Source: Thalia democratica
Taxonomy: Eukaryota
Direction: 5' to 3'
DNA: 64,000 nt
Assembly (NCBI GenBank): GCA_965202585.1
Contig: OZ241830.1
Location: 72,044,001 to 72,108,000, forward strand
Shown here: piece by piece, positions 39,701 through 53,840 of the stretch
Numbering within the stretch: the first letter of the stretch is position 1
Layout: each line of letters opens with the position of its first letter
Made by a program: the position numbers and the translations under genes
Notes under the pieces: generated by a model
Told to the model about the DNA's origin: nothing
Seen by the model: the letters and a program-made list of their open reading frames with translations, nothing else
The model's database searches: none

Positions 39701-42700
39701 TTAAATTTATTAAGTTTTTTAACCACTAATGAAATGTAGGAGGATAAAGTCAATCAAAAATATTGATGTAAACTTTATACATTTTTTTAATGTTAAGTAA
39801 TCAGAACATAAACTTTTATAATACTTTGGTTATGCTTCGTAAAATTGAACTTACAATTTATGTTAACACAAGCAAAATATTTTATAAAAATCTGAAAATA
39901 AAGTTTTCTACCTTTAACTTTTTTCTTTTAATTTGAATAATCTACATTTAAATTATGTATTGCAGAGAAATAGTTTAATTTAATTTGTTTTTAATGATGT
40001 GCAAACATACATTTTTGAAAAAAATAGCAAAAGTTGAAGTTTTAAAATCAGTGCTTTGTAAAGTTGTGTTTTTTCAAGTCACTTTGAAAAAAAAAACTAT
40101 AATCTTACTTCTGTTTTCTTCTCTTGACAAGTTATCTTCAGTTTGGCCTTTAGAAGCTAAAAAAACAATAACTTCAGTTTAGATAATTTAAAATCTAGAT
40201 AATTTTTAGTTTAACAATTAAAACAAATTTAATGGTGCTGAGTAAAAAAAAATACTTCAAACATGAAACTTTACTATTAATTGTTTACAAATATTACAAC
40301 AAGTGTTTAATATATAACTTTGTTTGTTTAAAGTGGCTTTTTATATAAACAAGGTTTAATAATGTTATAAATAGAGCAATTCAAAACAAACACAATTTGA
40401 TTATATGTTTAAACGATTAATAAAAGTGTTAAAACTTTTCTAAAGTTAGAAATTAAAAAATTGGTTTCACTTTAATCGTTTATCATTACAGCAAATAAAA
40501 AATCTTTAACATACAGTATTTAAAACCAAAAATTAATAAAAATATGTATTGAAAACATTTTATCAAAACTTAGAATTTTTACCGAAAACAAAAAGTTAAA
40601 ACAAGTAAGTGTTTTATAATGTTTTGAAAACAGAAATCTTAAAGTATACTTACTCTTATTTTCTTCTTTGTTCATTACGGCTTCGCTTTCCTTAAATTCT
40701 TTTTTACTGTTGGAACCTGGAAAGTTTTTTTTTTTTTTTGAAACTAGTAAGTATAAATTAAAACTGTTTAACTATGTTTATGAATAAATATTTTAAAGTA
40801 CAGATTTTATCAAATTAAAAAAAAAAATTAAAATTTAGACAACAGCATACAAGGAAATCAGAAAGTTTAATAATATAAACATACTAATTACTTTAAATTA
40901 TATTTTATTAATCCTTTGAGTGTACAATAGTTTGAATTTTTTTCTAAAAATCTTTAAGGAAGTATAAAAAGTATTGTACTTAAAACTCATTTATGTAAAT
41001 AATCAAACAGTTTTTAATCTAAACTAAAACTATTGTTACATGAATTTGCTTTTAATCTACAAGGAAACTGATTTTCTCAAGTTTTTCAATCACATATCTT
41101 TTAAGATATATATAGTAACCTAATTCTATTTTTTACTGCAAAAGGTTAAAAAGAACACCAAACATTTTTTTAAAGTGGGCTAAAAATATATTCAAAACAT
41201 GAGTTTAAAATTTTTAGATTTTTAGTAAAACAGCTTTATAGTTGTAAAAAATTGAACACGTAATATAATTTATTTTTTGTGCACACCTAAACAAGTCCTG
41301 TACAAGCACTGAAATTCATTTGAACAATTAATCACACTTATCGCTTAACCGAAACGACGTATTTACTGAAAACATCTCACATTTTGCCATGTGCAATTAA
41401 ATGTGCACGAGACAGCGAAATAACTCACAAACACGTCATAATCTTTCTGTGTGAGCGACAAACTTGCGAACTAAGTCGAGGTTGCAAAATCACAACAAAA
41501 TGTTTATGCGTAAACACACACAAGCCCATTGTTATGAGTGGCTTCAAGTGCAAGTGCTTTTCGGTTCAAATGTGTATTTCACATGAACGGAGAGCTTGTG
41601 ATTTATTTTTATTATAGCTAAGCAACCTTGCTTACACTAAAGTGTTTCACATGCGAAAATCTCGTGCTCACAATTTTTTGTGGAATTCAAAAATGCCAGC
41701 ACTTTTTATTTGCGCGAAAACTCGTGCTTGGAAAATTTATTGGAAAATATTCGGTCATACTTTTCATTGTCCCAAAAATTTTATTACTTAATTTTATTGA
41801 ATTTTTACCTTACCAGCTGCACGGTACTGTACAGAACTACTTTATTACATTTTCTTTTGTCCTGAAAACTTGAGGAAATTCGTGAAGGCGCTCAAAAATT
41901 CATGAAAAACAGAATTTTTATGTCAAACATTTACGTGTAAAAACTATAAAGCACTCCTGGCGTGATTACCAAAGAAAAAGGGAGCACTTGAAAATTTTTT
42001 ACAAAAAATATTTTCATGAAACACTTTTTTGTAAAACACATCAACACGATTAAGTTTTCACAAAATTGTCACACCCGAATTTCAAAACAAAATTAAACAC
42101 TCATACTTTCTGTTTAACTTTTTAATTTAAACAAAATTCTTTTCTTAATAGTTTATATAAAACATTGAATATAACTAGGCAAGCTAATGTTAATTATTTT
42201 TATCACTCTTTTCACCAAGTATACCTTTCGTAGTTTTAGAAGAGCTGAGTTTTATTGAGAATGTAGACTTGACTAAAATTTACAATATTTTTACTTAAAA
42301 TTAAAATATTCAACATCTGTTAGATTAATATTTTTAGTCACTAACCTTTTTTTACATTCAAAATTATATTCAGACTAAAACTATTTCACCATATAATTAA
42401 AATTTAAGTATTGATTTTGGGTACAAAAAAAATTGATTAAAACATACTTATACAGTGTTACTTTGATACCAAAAGAGCTTAAACTTGTAAAATAGAAATT
42501 TGTAAGAAAGGCTTCAGTTTGTACCTTGAAATGTTGTTTTTAAGCAAATTAAATGGTTACGGTTCGGCTCTATAAAGCAAAATTATATAAACAATATTTC
42601 TAAATACTTGAAATGCTCGAGCCTAAAACGTAAATAAACTGGATTTTAAAAAGTATTGTTTTTAAACAAAACTATGTACTACTTGATGTATCAAAATGTG

Positions 42701-45700
42701 TTTTTGAAGTTTTTCAGGTTTTTGGAGAGATAAATTACTTGTTAGTAACTCAAAGCCACGATTTAAAATGCAAAATTGTAATTTGCGGGGCAATTTTAAA
42801 CAATCACAATGAAAAAGCCGCCCTATATACCCAATTAATTACCGCAAAGTCAAGTTTATTTTCTTATCATCTAAATATTCTCTTTTATAAATTGGAAAGT
42901 TTACAACTATACACATGAAATGTTGCCATTTACTTGAATAGACTTTTTTTTTATCAAACTTGAGATTCTTTTCATTTTTACAACTTTGAAATACTAATAC
43001 AAACTTATATACAATATATTGAAATAATGCTATTGAACATCATTTTAAAGCACAACTTGACAATAATTTCGAAAAATTTTTACTACATTAACTATGTTAC
43101 TTAAAAAAGTACAATAAAAACTTTTGAAGTTTAACAGCTCAATTATTTTTCACTTTACAAAAAATTTTACACTCACAGTTTCTAGACCTTTACAACTTAA
43201 GATAAATTTACCAGTTTATTTCGTTAACCTTAAAAATATACAATAAAAACTTTTGAAGTTTAACAGTTCAATTATTTTTACACTTTACAAAAAATGTTAC
43301 ACTTACAGTTATTAATTTACAACTTAACATAAATTTACCAGTTTATTTTGTTAACCTTAAAAAAAAAACTCTTTGAAGTTTAACAGTTTTTGAGTTTAAC
43401 AGCTCAATTATTCTTACACTTAAATTTTACACTAACAGTATTAAGAACTTTACATTTAAACATGTGACTCACCAGTGGGCGCAGTACTGGCCACAGAAGA
43501 TGTTTTAGATGAGCCACCTTCTTTTTGGATCGAGGCGCTTTTCTGTTGCATTATCCTGGTGAACAGCTTGTTCTGATCTAAATGTACATACTGTGTGTTA
43601 AATTTTAAATTTTTACCTTATTCAAAAAGTATTTAAAGTGAATATAACTTATATACTTACGTTACTTAAGTCTTATTTTTATTGTTAAAGTATTTAAATA
43701 AATTTTTATAATTACATAAAAAAGATTTATAATTAAAAAAATATTTTTTTTAACTAAATCTAATTTTCATGTTTCTATTACTTTGTAGAAAATAAGTAAA
43801 ACACTAGTGGCACAACAATTTTTTTAAGAAAGCTACAGCTCAAACAAGTTAGGTAGCTTATTAGTACACATAAAAAGGTAATTGCTTTATTCAAACAACA
43901 AAAGCCTGAATTTCAGTAAAATCCACAAAAAAAAAACTATTATTAATACTAACTTTAAAATTAACATTAAAAAAAACATAAAATATATATAAATTAGATT
44001 GTAAGCTTTACAATTTTTCAGTCCTTTCACAATCCTAAAACTCATAAGAATTCTCATGACAAGCTAGAATATATCGAATTTAAATAATAATCATGCTACA
44101 AATAAAAACATATAAACTAATATGAAACTGATAAAACAATTTAAAACATACACATATAAAACTTTCACAGTCTACGATATAACTGAATGTAACTAAAAAT
44201 AAGAAAAAAACATTTACTGTTGACAACAATGGTTTCACATTTACAAATTTACATATCCACTGTAACATGCCGGATTTTAGCTTGCAAAACAAAACATTTA
44301 TTATATTCACTGCACTTACCTTAATGCATAACATTTTCCAGCCTTTCAAGGTAATAAAAATAATAAATTTGTCAATGTTACGTATTATAGTAACGCCTGG
44401 TGAAAACTGAATATTTAAACTTAAAGTTAATTATTAAATGTAAAACAGTTAAGAAAATATTCAATCAAAATGTTCAAGGATAGACTAACTCCTGAATTCT
44501 ACAGTATAATTTAAGTTTTTTTTAACAAAATTCTTATATTACACACTTAGTATAATATTTTTTAAACTTTGCATATCAGATAATCGAATTTCTTTTGTCT
44601 TTTAATAAATAAAACTTTATAAGTTTTTCGATATTGCAGCTTCATGTAGTGTGTAACATAAGTTAATGCCTATTTTCATTTCTTATACGTTTGGTCAAAC
44701 AAAAAAATAAAAAATTACGTATACTTTTCAATCTTAATGGTCACTCTACTTACTTTTCAACTTTGAACTTTAAGTTACTTGAATATCACAAGTTTTAATA
44801 CTTAAACTACCAGCATTTTAGAAACTAATCTCAACGTTTTATTAATTTAAATTTAACATTGAGGTTTAAAACATGAGCATAACTCATACTTAAAAATATC
44901 CTGTCAAACAAACAACAAAAATTTCAATCACAACATGCAACTAACTACCGTCAGCATCCCCGCTCGCCAGGCTCTTACTAGCGGCATGACCGCTTTTACT
45001 TGCAATTCTCCTCATTTCCGCCTCCCGGCTCCTCCCCTCACTCCTCAGCGGCTTCGACGGCGCCACCTTCTCCGGTTTGGACGCTCCGTGGTCGCTCTTA
45101 CCACTCGCTGCTTGCCTGCTGGACGACCTTGGGTGCGCGTTGCGCTGCATGGGTCTCGGCGATGAGTTCTGGTCCCTGGTGGCCACCTGGTCCAAGCTGC
45201 CGCCGCTGCCGTTTCTTTGGTCCTGGCGCCTTCTCAGCGCTGCCAAGCCTCTCGGCCTGCTTGTGGAGCTGCTCGGCGACGGCTGCCTTTGCTGCGACCC
45301 CAGCGCTTCTGAGAAAAAATATTAAGAGTCAAAAAAGTAATTTAGTTTATAAAACAGTTTAAAAAGTTTATTATTGTTCATAAAAATACATTTAGCCGAA
45401 ATTGTTTTTAATTTAAAACTAATGCTTAAAACAGTTTTCTAAAATGATGCTTAAAAGTTAATGACAAAAAACTTTTATAAAAAATTAAACTTACCATTGA
45501 AAATAGCTTTTCTCTGGTCAATTGACAGCTTTGACATCTGTCTGTGCGTTTTGAGCCTCTCTCTTCTATCACTGAGTGATTCTGTGATTACAAGAATAAA
45601 ATTAAACTTAGTTTTGTAAAAATAATTTAATTTTTACTATACAAGCACTTATGGTCACAGTATAGATTGGTAGCAAATACTTTAAAAATTAATACTCAAT

Positions 45701-47545
45701 ATTACATATCACATTAAGAATATAAACAACTTTAATAAAATAAAAACCAACACATCACTTCTAGACATAAGCAACCTGTAAGAATATAAGTGCAATACTT
45801 TATAAATGTTTAACTTTTAAAAGTTAAAATTTAAACAACTCATTCACATTATAACAAAATTAGCATGCAATGTATCAAAACTGTTAAGTTATTTTTATGA
45901 TTAAGTTGTAAATTTTAGCAGGTAGTTACCAAGTAATATTTTGCTTTGTTAAAAATGCTGTTGCCAGAACTATTAATAGCACAAACATAGTACCAAAAAA
46001 CCTTTATATACTGAACAAAACTAAAAAACAAGCTATACAAAACACTAACAATTATGTTTAGTTGTGTATAAAATAAAAATTAATAATCTATATTGGAAAA
46101 AATAAAAGTATTATATTTGACAAGAAGTTGTAAAAACGAGTTTTAAGATATAACTTTTTAATAAATTCTTATTTCAAGTATTTCAATGCAACTTTTAATC
46201 ATAAAACAGAGAAATAATTATATTAAGTGCAGAAGTTTAAAAATTTACTTTAATAAGTCAGAACTGTTTGATTAATAGATAAAATTTCAAAACTATCTAA
46301 TTGCTTTAATACAAATACTAATTTAATTATATTTTTATCAATTTGTATGTTATAGTTTTTCTTTACGAGTATCAAATCATTGTCTTTAATAAACTATACT
46401 TAGTACTAAATGTTTGTTACAACAACCATAATTTGTTTTACTTTTTTGACAGTTAACTTTCAAATTGACCCAAGTAGTTTAATAAATAAAATAAGGACTA
46501 AAACTTTAATATGGACACAGCAACATTGTTTAAAAGTAGCAAGACTTTTAAAAAACACCAAAGACATGCATTTTAAGCATTTAGTTTAAATCATAACAAA
46601 AAAGTCATAAACCCTTTTTAGGTCTTTGCAACGTAAAATAATGTCTTTCATCCATTTTATATTCAATAAAGTTTTATCATAAGTTGGAAAATAAAAAGAA
46701 ACCTTATATAAAAAGTAAAAACAAGGAAATAAGTTTTTAGAAGGTGAGCTTATCTGGATTAAGCAGATGTGCATTAAAATAACAAAGAAATAAAAAGTAA
46801 AAGCACAGGCAAACATTCAAGAAATAATTAATAAAAACCATTGATTATAGAATTAATTAGAAATGTTTTTCAAAGGCAAAGATTTATTTATAACCAGAAT
46901 ATTTTTCAAAGTAAGGTTTCATTTATCAAGGCTACCAAATGAAAAAATGGCTTGTGGTAAAAAATATTTTTAACTTTAAAAACAAGAAATGTGCACAAAA
47001 AGAAAACAGAAAACAAACTCATGTAAGAGTTTCTAACGTCCTCTTCATCTTGCTCTTCGAAAGCCCACCTCTTTGCCTCTTGATTTCCTTGATACAGAAA
47101 ATACAAAACAAATTGGTTAATTACAATTGCTGGTAATTTGTTAATTAGTAGTTCTAAAGCTAGGCATTTAGTTTACACAGCTGTACAAGTTAGAAAAGTT
47201 ATCAATTGTAAAATAAATTATGTTAGCTGATTACAAAGTGATTATGAAAACAATGTCACAAATTAGTATTAGTTAAATTGACTGGAAGTATCATAAAACT
47301 TATTTAAATCTTTGTTAGTCAATACTTTGTGATTATCTAATTTTTAAAATTGCACAAAAGCTTTATATCACAAAACAAAGTTTTAAAAAAAGAACAAAAA
47401 AGTAGTCAACGTGGCTAAAAAAGTTTTTGAAAAATTTTCCATTCTAACAACAAACTAATTTCTTTATTTGAAAATAAAAAAGTTTTTGTACATAGAAACA
47501 AAAAAAGTAACAAAAACTCAACTCACTGTCATCCTTTTGACTCAT
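27793..47545 (-). CDS. SEPTIN2: SEPT2-group septin with long N-terminal extension (at least 15 coding exons; C-terminal end uncertain)
   Basis: Core exons: 34642-34522 ([27 protein letters not shown]), 33831-33621 ([15 protein letters not shown]...DTPGFG), 33158-33024, 29653-29434 (LKPLDVAFM...VPVIGKAD), 28926-28781 (PFAVVGS...YPWG), 28443-28354 ([10 protein letters not shown]), 28155-28107, 27834-27793. N-terminal exons: 47545-47527 (MSQKDD), 47087-47019, 45581-45495, 45308-45102/44949/44946, 43577-43473, 40716-40654, 39198-38933. All are GT-AG and phase-consistent. The core closely tracks human SEPT2 motifs. The symbol denotes group membership, not proven orthology; N-terminal exons are less certain than the core. 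Confidence 0.9.
33203..33387 (+). mobile_element. hAT-type MITE (CAGGGTTTCCC family) in septin intron
   Basis: Ends cggggtttccc / gggaaaccctg. Related to 15113-15367. Confidence 0.55.
39228..39428 (-). mobile_element. HINE-like element, family A (inverted copy)
   Basis: TCAAAATCCACCCGA repeats at both ends. The internal ctatcactgttacacctaacccttaccctcgatcg module is shared with the 6.7-kb and 50.1-kb elements. Confidence 0.6.
41340..41960 (-). promoter_or_regulatory. Putative internal septin promoter with alternative first exon (ATGGCAAAAT|gtgaga, 41390-41381)
   Basis: CpG-enriched intronic block. The phase-1 donor is compatible with exon 40716 (MAK-C-SNSKK...). Confidence 0.35.
43105..43460. 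repeat. Tandem repeat, unit about 120-130 bp, about 2.7 copies
   Basis: acaataaaaacttttgaagtttaacag at 43111 and 43240, with a third variant at about 43365. Confidence 0.85.
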
Positions 47546-49439
47546 GTTGCCTTGTTAGTACTTTGTTAGTGGATTGTTTAGTTAAAAGCTTAAATTATAT
47601 TCTGAAAAAAGAAGTTGGATTGCATAACTGCTCTTAATTAATTAAAATTAAATTAACAGTTTTAAATTAAATTACAACTTTTAAAATTTTTAAGTATTCT
47701 TAATTTGTTACATTTCCAAACTTATACATATTTAATTAGAAATTTAAAACTGTAAAATTTTGTGACTTGAAAAGGATACAAAGCTTTTAAACACTCACAT
47801 TTCTACTTTACAAATGTTATAATTTGTTTCTTATCAAACTTAATCAAAATGTTATTTATTAAAAAATCTAAATAATCTTGATTAAAAAGACACAAAACCA
47901 TAAAGTTTTACATAGGTACATTAACTTTAAAAAATATCCTTAGAAAACTATTAATAAAATAAACATAGCAAACTATAAAACATTTGGTGGATTTTCAAAC
48001 AAAACAATGTTATCAAGGCTGTTAAAACTTTTTACAATCACTTATTTATAGGTCAAAACTAACAATAAGTTGTAATAGAATATATAAATAAGTTTGATCA
48101 ATTTGTGGTAGTTCAATTGTTAAATATATTTGATATATATACAATAGAATTAAGTAAAAAGTATGTATTTTTTATAACATTTTTTTAAATAAACAATTTA
48201 CTAGCAATTTAAGTTTTTTTATAAAACCAGTTTCACAGTAGTAACAATACCAGTGATAACCAGTCACAACAAAATATTTATTCAAAAATTTACTTTTGAA
48301 AATTAAAAGTTACAAAATGCTTAAGTAATTTTGTGTAGCTTCAGAGACTTAGCAAATGGTTGCAAACTTTATACTAATTTTAAATTTTAATAAGAATTAT
48401 TGTTATATTTTGTGGAAGTTGTACTTTAAAATAACAATTGTAATTTTCATAGTATTTGTAGTATCTGTTCATATACAGTCTTTCCAAATAAGTTTCATTT
48501 TTTGGAGTACACATCCGGAATATATAAAATGCAACAACGAGCATAAAGTTAATTTTATAGGCAAATTTATAAAGTTTTCAAAAAACATAAAACTTTAATT
48601 ATTTTTCTTATCTTAAAAGCTATGTAAATTTTTTTTTTTTTTAGAGCATCTTTAATGCATACATGAAGTTAATATTTTGAGTTTTAACTTGTATAACTTG
48701 ATGATGTAATTAATTTGGTGATGATATTAAGGTGTGGAGATTGTGGTAACCACACAATAGGAAGCTTTTAATTAATCTTGTGCAAGCTTAATGCTTGATT
48801 TGAGCTTGTGTAACCAAACTGGACTTTAATGATTTTTATAGCTTTGTTTATGTATAACCTAGTAAAGATATAAATAAATATAAAGTAAATATTTGAAATT
48901 AAAATAAATTTGAGGATATATTTTGAAAGAAAATACAGCAATTTACAATTCTAAATTAAAGTACTTAAAAAGTATATAAATAGATTACAGCTACAGATTA
49001 AAGGGTGGGTGACTTTTCAAACTTGTGGGCCATCTGTAGAAGCCTCTTGCACGTAATGAATCGGATCTGTGAGACACATATTTTCGCGGGCCATTTTGGT
49101 TTTGTAAATTTTTCAAATTTTTAAACCACCCAACTATACTAAAGTAGTCATGTTATTAAAACCATAATTTACATATAGTTAAATTTACTACATGAGTTAA
49201 ATATATGGAAGTAAATTAGCATAACTTTGAAAATATATTTTAGCTGTAATTTTTATAGAAAATTTTGGACTTAAAGTTGAAAAGAAAAACTCAAAACGTA
49301 TATATAAACTATATCTCACTTGAAAGCTTCTTAGTTTATAAATAAAGAGCAACTTTGTAAAAAGTTAATTAAGTTTGTGTGTCTTGTATATTTTATTTTA
49401 TATTTACTAGTCACTGGTTTTCTAAAAATTGTTATTAAC

Positions 49440-49704
49440 GTGTCAGCTGCAGTTCTAAGGTCATTTCTGATTAGCTGCTACGTTACTTATTTTTATTTTA
49501 AGACTTAAGTAATAAAACTTATTTTTGGTTTAATTTTTATATATTTGGGTAAAGTAAGTTAGAGCTAAGGGCGTAGATTTAGAAATTATGAGTTAGGGAT
49601 AAGGGTAAAGATGTTTTTAACATTATCACTTAACCTCGTTTGCATAAATTTGCATAATATTATGAATATAAACATTTTCAAAACCTTAGAACTGCAGCCG
49701 ACTC
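49440..49704. mobile_element. HINE-like element, family C
   Basis: 22-bp inverted repeat (20/22) gtgtcagctgcagttctaaggt, with an internal gttagggataagggtaa core. Confidence 0.55.
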
Positions 49705-50107
49705 AGTATAAAACAATATGACTATGAAGTTTTACTTTAAGTGAGGCTCTTTATGAAACTATCCGTTAAGTTTAGTTTAAAAGCGTAAATATAAATGCAA
49801 AAATTTAATCATTAAAATAAATTAAAAAAGTTGCTACAAAATATCTTAAATAATAATACTTACCTTTTTAAGACTATTTCGTTGAAATTATAGAAGGGAA
49901 AATTCAAATAGATTAGTTCTTCACTTAAGCATTACTTTTTTTTTTAATAAAGAACTTGTTTTTGTTTTGTAAATATTTTGTTACTAAAAAAAGAAAATAA
50001 ATAAGTGTTAATAAAAGCTATTGAAGTTCTTTGTAAAACTTTCCGCAATATTTGTCTAAGATTTCATTTATGTCAGCAATATTGAATTTGTTTTAGGCTG
50101 ATAAACA

Positions 50108-50682
50108 GGGGAACGGGTGAAATATGCACGAAGGGACACTTTTTCACGAAGATACTTTTGCACAAAAGGACGTTTTTGCAAAAAGAAATTTGTGCACGAA
50201 GACACTTTTGCACCAAGGGTCATTTTTCACAAGAGTAAAAATATATAAAATCTATAATATAAAACAAGAAAAAAACTACAATAAAAGAAGATAAATTAAT
50301 AAAAATTACAAAAAAGATGAAAAAACAAGTTACCGGTCGAGGATAAAGGTTAGGGATGACAGTGATAAACAAAAAAACATTGATAACTAATAATTATTAT
50401 TAATAAAAGTAAAAAAACTTTAAAAAGATTAAAATAATTAATAAAAAAAAGATAATAATAAAAAGTTACCGACCAAGGGTAAGGATTAGGGGTAACAATA
50501 ATAGTAAAAATAAAATAAAAATTAAAAAAAAAATAAAAATTTAAGTTTATACAAAAATATAATTAATTTAAAATATTTTTAACCAAATTGATACCGTGCA
50601 AAAACGTTTTATTCAAAATCTTCCTTTGTGCATAAGGAACCCTTCGTGTAAAAGTGTCCCTTTGAGCATATTTGACACCTAC
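50108..50682 (+). mobile_element. HINE-like element, family B (apparently complete)
   Basis: Inverted ends gtgaaatatgcacgaagggacactttt / rc gtcaaatatgctcaaagggacactttt, TTTTGCACGAAG arrays on both arms, and two internal GGGTAAGG(G/A)TTAGGG modules. Confidence 0.7.
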
Positions 50683-53611
50683 GCAACAAATTACCACATA
50701 TCCTAACTACTGTACCAATTAAATACATTTAATATGAAAAATATACAAATTCACTACATGCTTTGAAATTAGTTTTGATATCTCTTTTTTATTTGAATTA
50801 GTTGTCTTTTAAATTTGAATAAGTAACTGTTTGTTGAACACTGAACAACTTGTTTACATTTGAGCAATTGTTCTGTATTTAGTGGTATGATAATTAATAA
50901 TTATTATGATAAGCAAAAAGTAGTATAGTTTTTAAATTCTTTTCACTACAGTATACTTTTTTCTACGTTTATATTTTATTAATAAAAAATATATCTTGAT
51001 TAAAATAAAATGTACAAAAATTTTTTACTTAAAATTTGTAAAATATAAAAATTTACGGTTTTCTATATACTTTTTTTAATACCTAAGTAAAACATTTTAT
51101 AGATCTATGAATAAAATTAAAGTATTTGCTAAATCATCTTCTTAAACTATTTTATATTATGCAATAAAATTTTGGTGCTCAAAAACAAAAAAAAAAGGGT
51201 GTCTCTTGAAATAATGTTTTTTTTTATTTTGCTGCTTTTGCAAAACCGTCAATTCCCTTAAGATTTATAAAATTAAATGTTAAGAAAACATTCCTTAAGT
51301 ATTTCTAAATAAGATAATTTTATTTATGGTGATAAAAACAAATGTTTAACACTTTAATTTATGATAGTTTTTCATCATAAATCAAATGAAGTGGAACTGA
51401 AAAAAGTTTATACGGTTTGATGGCTCATTTTTGGGTTGCGTTCAAACTGTGGGCGGAATTGTGACTTTTCAACTTTAAAACTTATAAAAAAGTGTTTTAC
51501 TAACATATTCAAATTGTTAAAACATTTACCACTTGAGAACAAAACTAGTATGATTTTGAAAACGGTTGTGAGAAAAAATAAAAAGTAAAACGAGTGACCT
51601 CTACATGCTTAGTTGCAAATGGTATATAAACAACTAACTATAATTTATCAGCCTATCTAAATGGTCTATAGATATGATTATTTATATAACCTGAAATGTT
51701 AATGGTGCCAATGCGAGTAGCACTCGAAGCTTTACATCAAAACCCTTAATATATGGTATCTTTACTAATAAACAACTCATAAAGATAAAAACTAACGAGT
51801 CAAATACTAAAAGTGGCTAACCATTGTTTAATTACTTAACATATTGTAATAATTTGACTAGTTTGTTTGGAATTTTCTTGAGAGTTTGATTTCCTAAACA
51901 AAACAAATTTTTCCTGTAAACCCCTTTATATTTATCGATTTACTTTGGAGAATTGCTACAATACAAAAAAGTTAATTTTGAAAAGTATATTTAGAGTTTC
52001 ATCAACCAAAAGTTGGTTTTAGATGTTTCTTGAAAACCTTAACAAAATTGCTAGATACTTGTTTTGGATTTTTTATCTGTTATAATCATGTAAATGTTAC
52101 ATTAGTTTACCAAGTATTTTGAAAAATTTAAACTACATATTTTTTATACTTAAACATTTTTAGCTAGAATTTTGCTTAAATTTTACTTAGATTTCATCAA
52201 CTATGAATAAATTGATTAATCGTTTAATAAAATGCTCAAGTTTGAAAGACTTAAGTTTGTAAAAACTAATTAGAATCACTTTTTAATTTTTTATGCTGCT
52301 AAACACTTGATTTAATATCTCCTCGGGTCATGACTTTCAAAACGTTTCTATGACCTTTAGCACCTAATTAGCTTTTGCTTTTGTCAGAAATATCTTTGTA
52401 ATGTTTTTCACTAATAATATTTATAGACAACAGCTACATTAAACCTTATAAATTGTAAATTCAGATACAACACCATATTTAAGCAGTTGTGTGACTTTTG
52501 AATTTCAAATTTACACAGCTCTTTTTTTATGCAAAAAGTATAAGGAAATACTTATCAAAACCTAATTTTATATTTTGTACGGACAAAATATTTAGCAAAG
52601 TATTGTATGAATATACTTATTAAAATTTGGCAAATAAATTTAGCACTAAGACAGTCTGTTATTTCATTTCGGAAGCTTTGAAAATTAACTGAAAACTTTT
52701 AACTTCAACATTTTTAAAACATAGACTTTGCTATTTTAAAACCATCATTATTAGAAGAAAGAAACACTAACAAACATTAAAAGTCTGATACAGTAGCTAA
52801 CAGTTTCAACAGTGATACAGTAGTTAACTTTTTGAGTACTAGCATTGCTGCTGGTTATACAAATTAAACTTTTTTAGTATTATTTTATTATTCGAACACC
52901 AATTTATCAAAAACAAATAAGGCTAAATGTACACATGCTTCAAAGAGCTAGCATTATTAAATACTATTCTTATTAGACTTACTACAATTACTATAAGTTC
53001 AATTATTGACTACAAAAATTGAAAATTAATTCTTTATTTGTTTTTTAATCTGTTTATACTTTAAAAAAAAAGATGTTAATGGATACTAAAGATCCAGGTT
53101 AATCTATAATTTTACAGTAAATTTTGAGGAATATTTAGTTGTAAAAAAGTACAAAAATCTTATACTGTTACCCTAAGATCAAGACCACAAGTGACTTTTT
53201 TTCAAATAAAACCTCTAATGGTTGGTTATAAATATAAATTTTTAATTCAGTTGTTTTCAGCTCTATTTTTTGCAAACTATGTTTGTATGGTCAAATAAAA
53301 CACACAAGTATTATACATTCAGTTAAAGTTGGTTTGAAAATTTAGTTTTAATAAGTTTAATTGTATAAAAATAAAGAATTTAACTTCTTGCTTTACTTAA
53401 GAAAAATTATGTTTTTAGTAAACACGTTATTGAGCTTACAATATTTTATAAGATTAAAGTTTTAGTATCTGAAGTAAAAACATCATTACTCAATTGTAGT
53501 GGTAATCTTTAGTTTATCATACCTCCCTTGACTTACTTAATAAAGTTATATATACATACACGTATTACTATCTAAAATAAAAAGTAAAATTTTAACAAAG
53601 ACTTAGCTTAC

Positions 53612-53840
53612 CAGACACATATGAACAAGAAACACATCCACAACCTAACTAGTTCAAAACAAATATTCCACCTTAGTGATATAGTTGACTTCAAATAGCA
53701 TCTGCTGAAACTCAATCCACAAAAACATAACAAAGTTAGAGAATAGTAGAAAAAATAAACAATCGTTTTCGATATCGACCAGAAGGTTCGTCTCAGCAAA
53801 GTGCCAAGCAGCAAAGCGTTTTTAGTGGTTATATATGTTT
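53612..53840 (-). other. Candidate non-coding 5' exon of the septin
   Basis: TATATAA at about 53836-53830, then a moderately GC-rich stretch ending in a consensus donor tctg|gtaagc. A candidate acceptor ctaacaag| sits 5 nt before the ATG at 47545. Confidence 0.3.
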
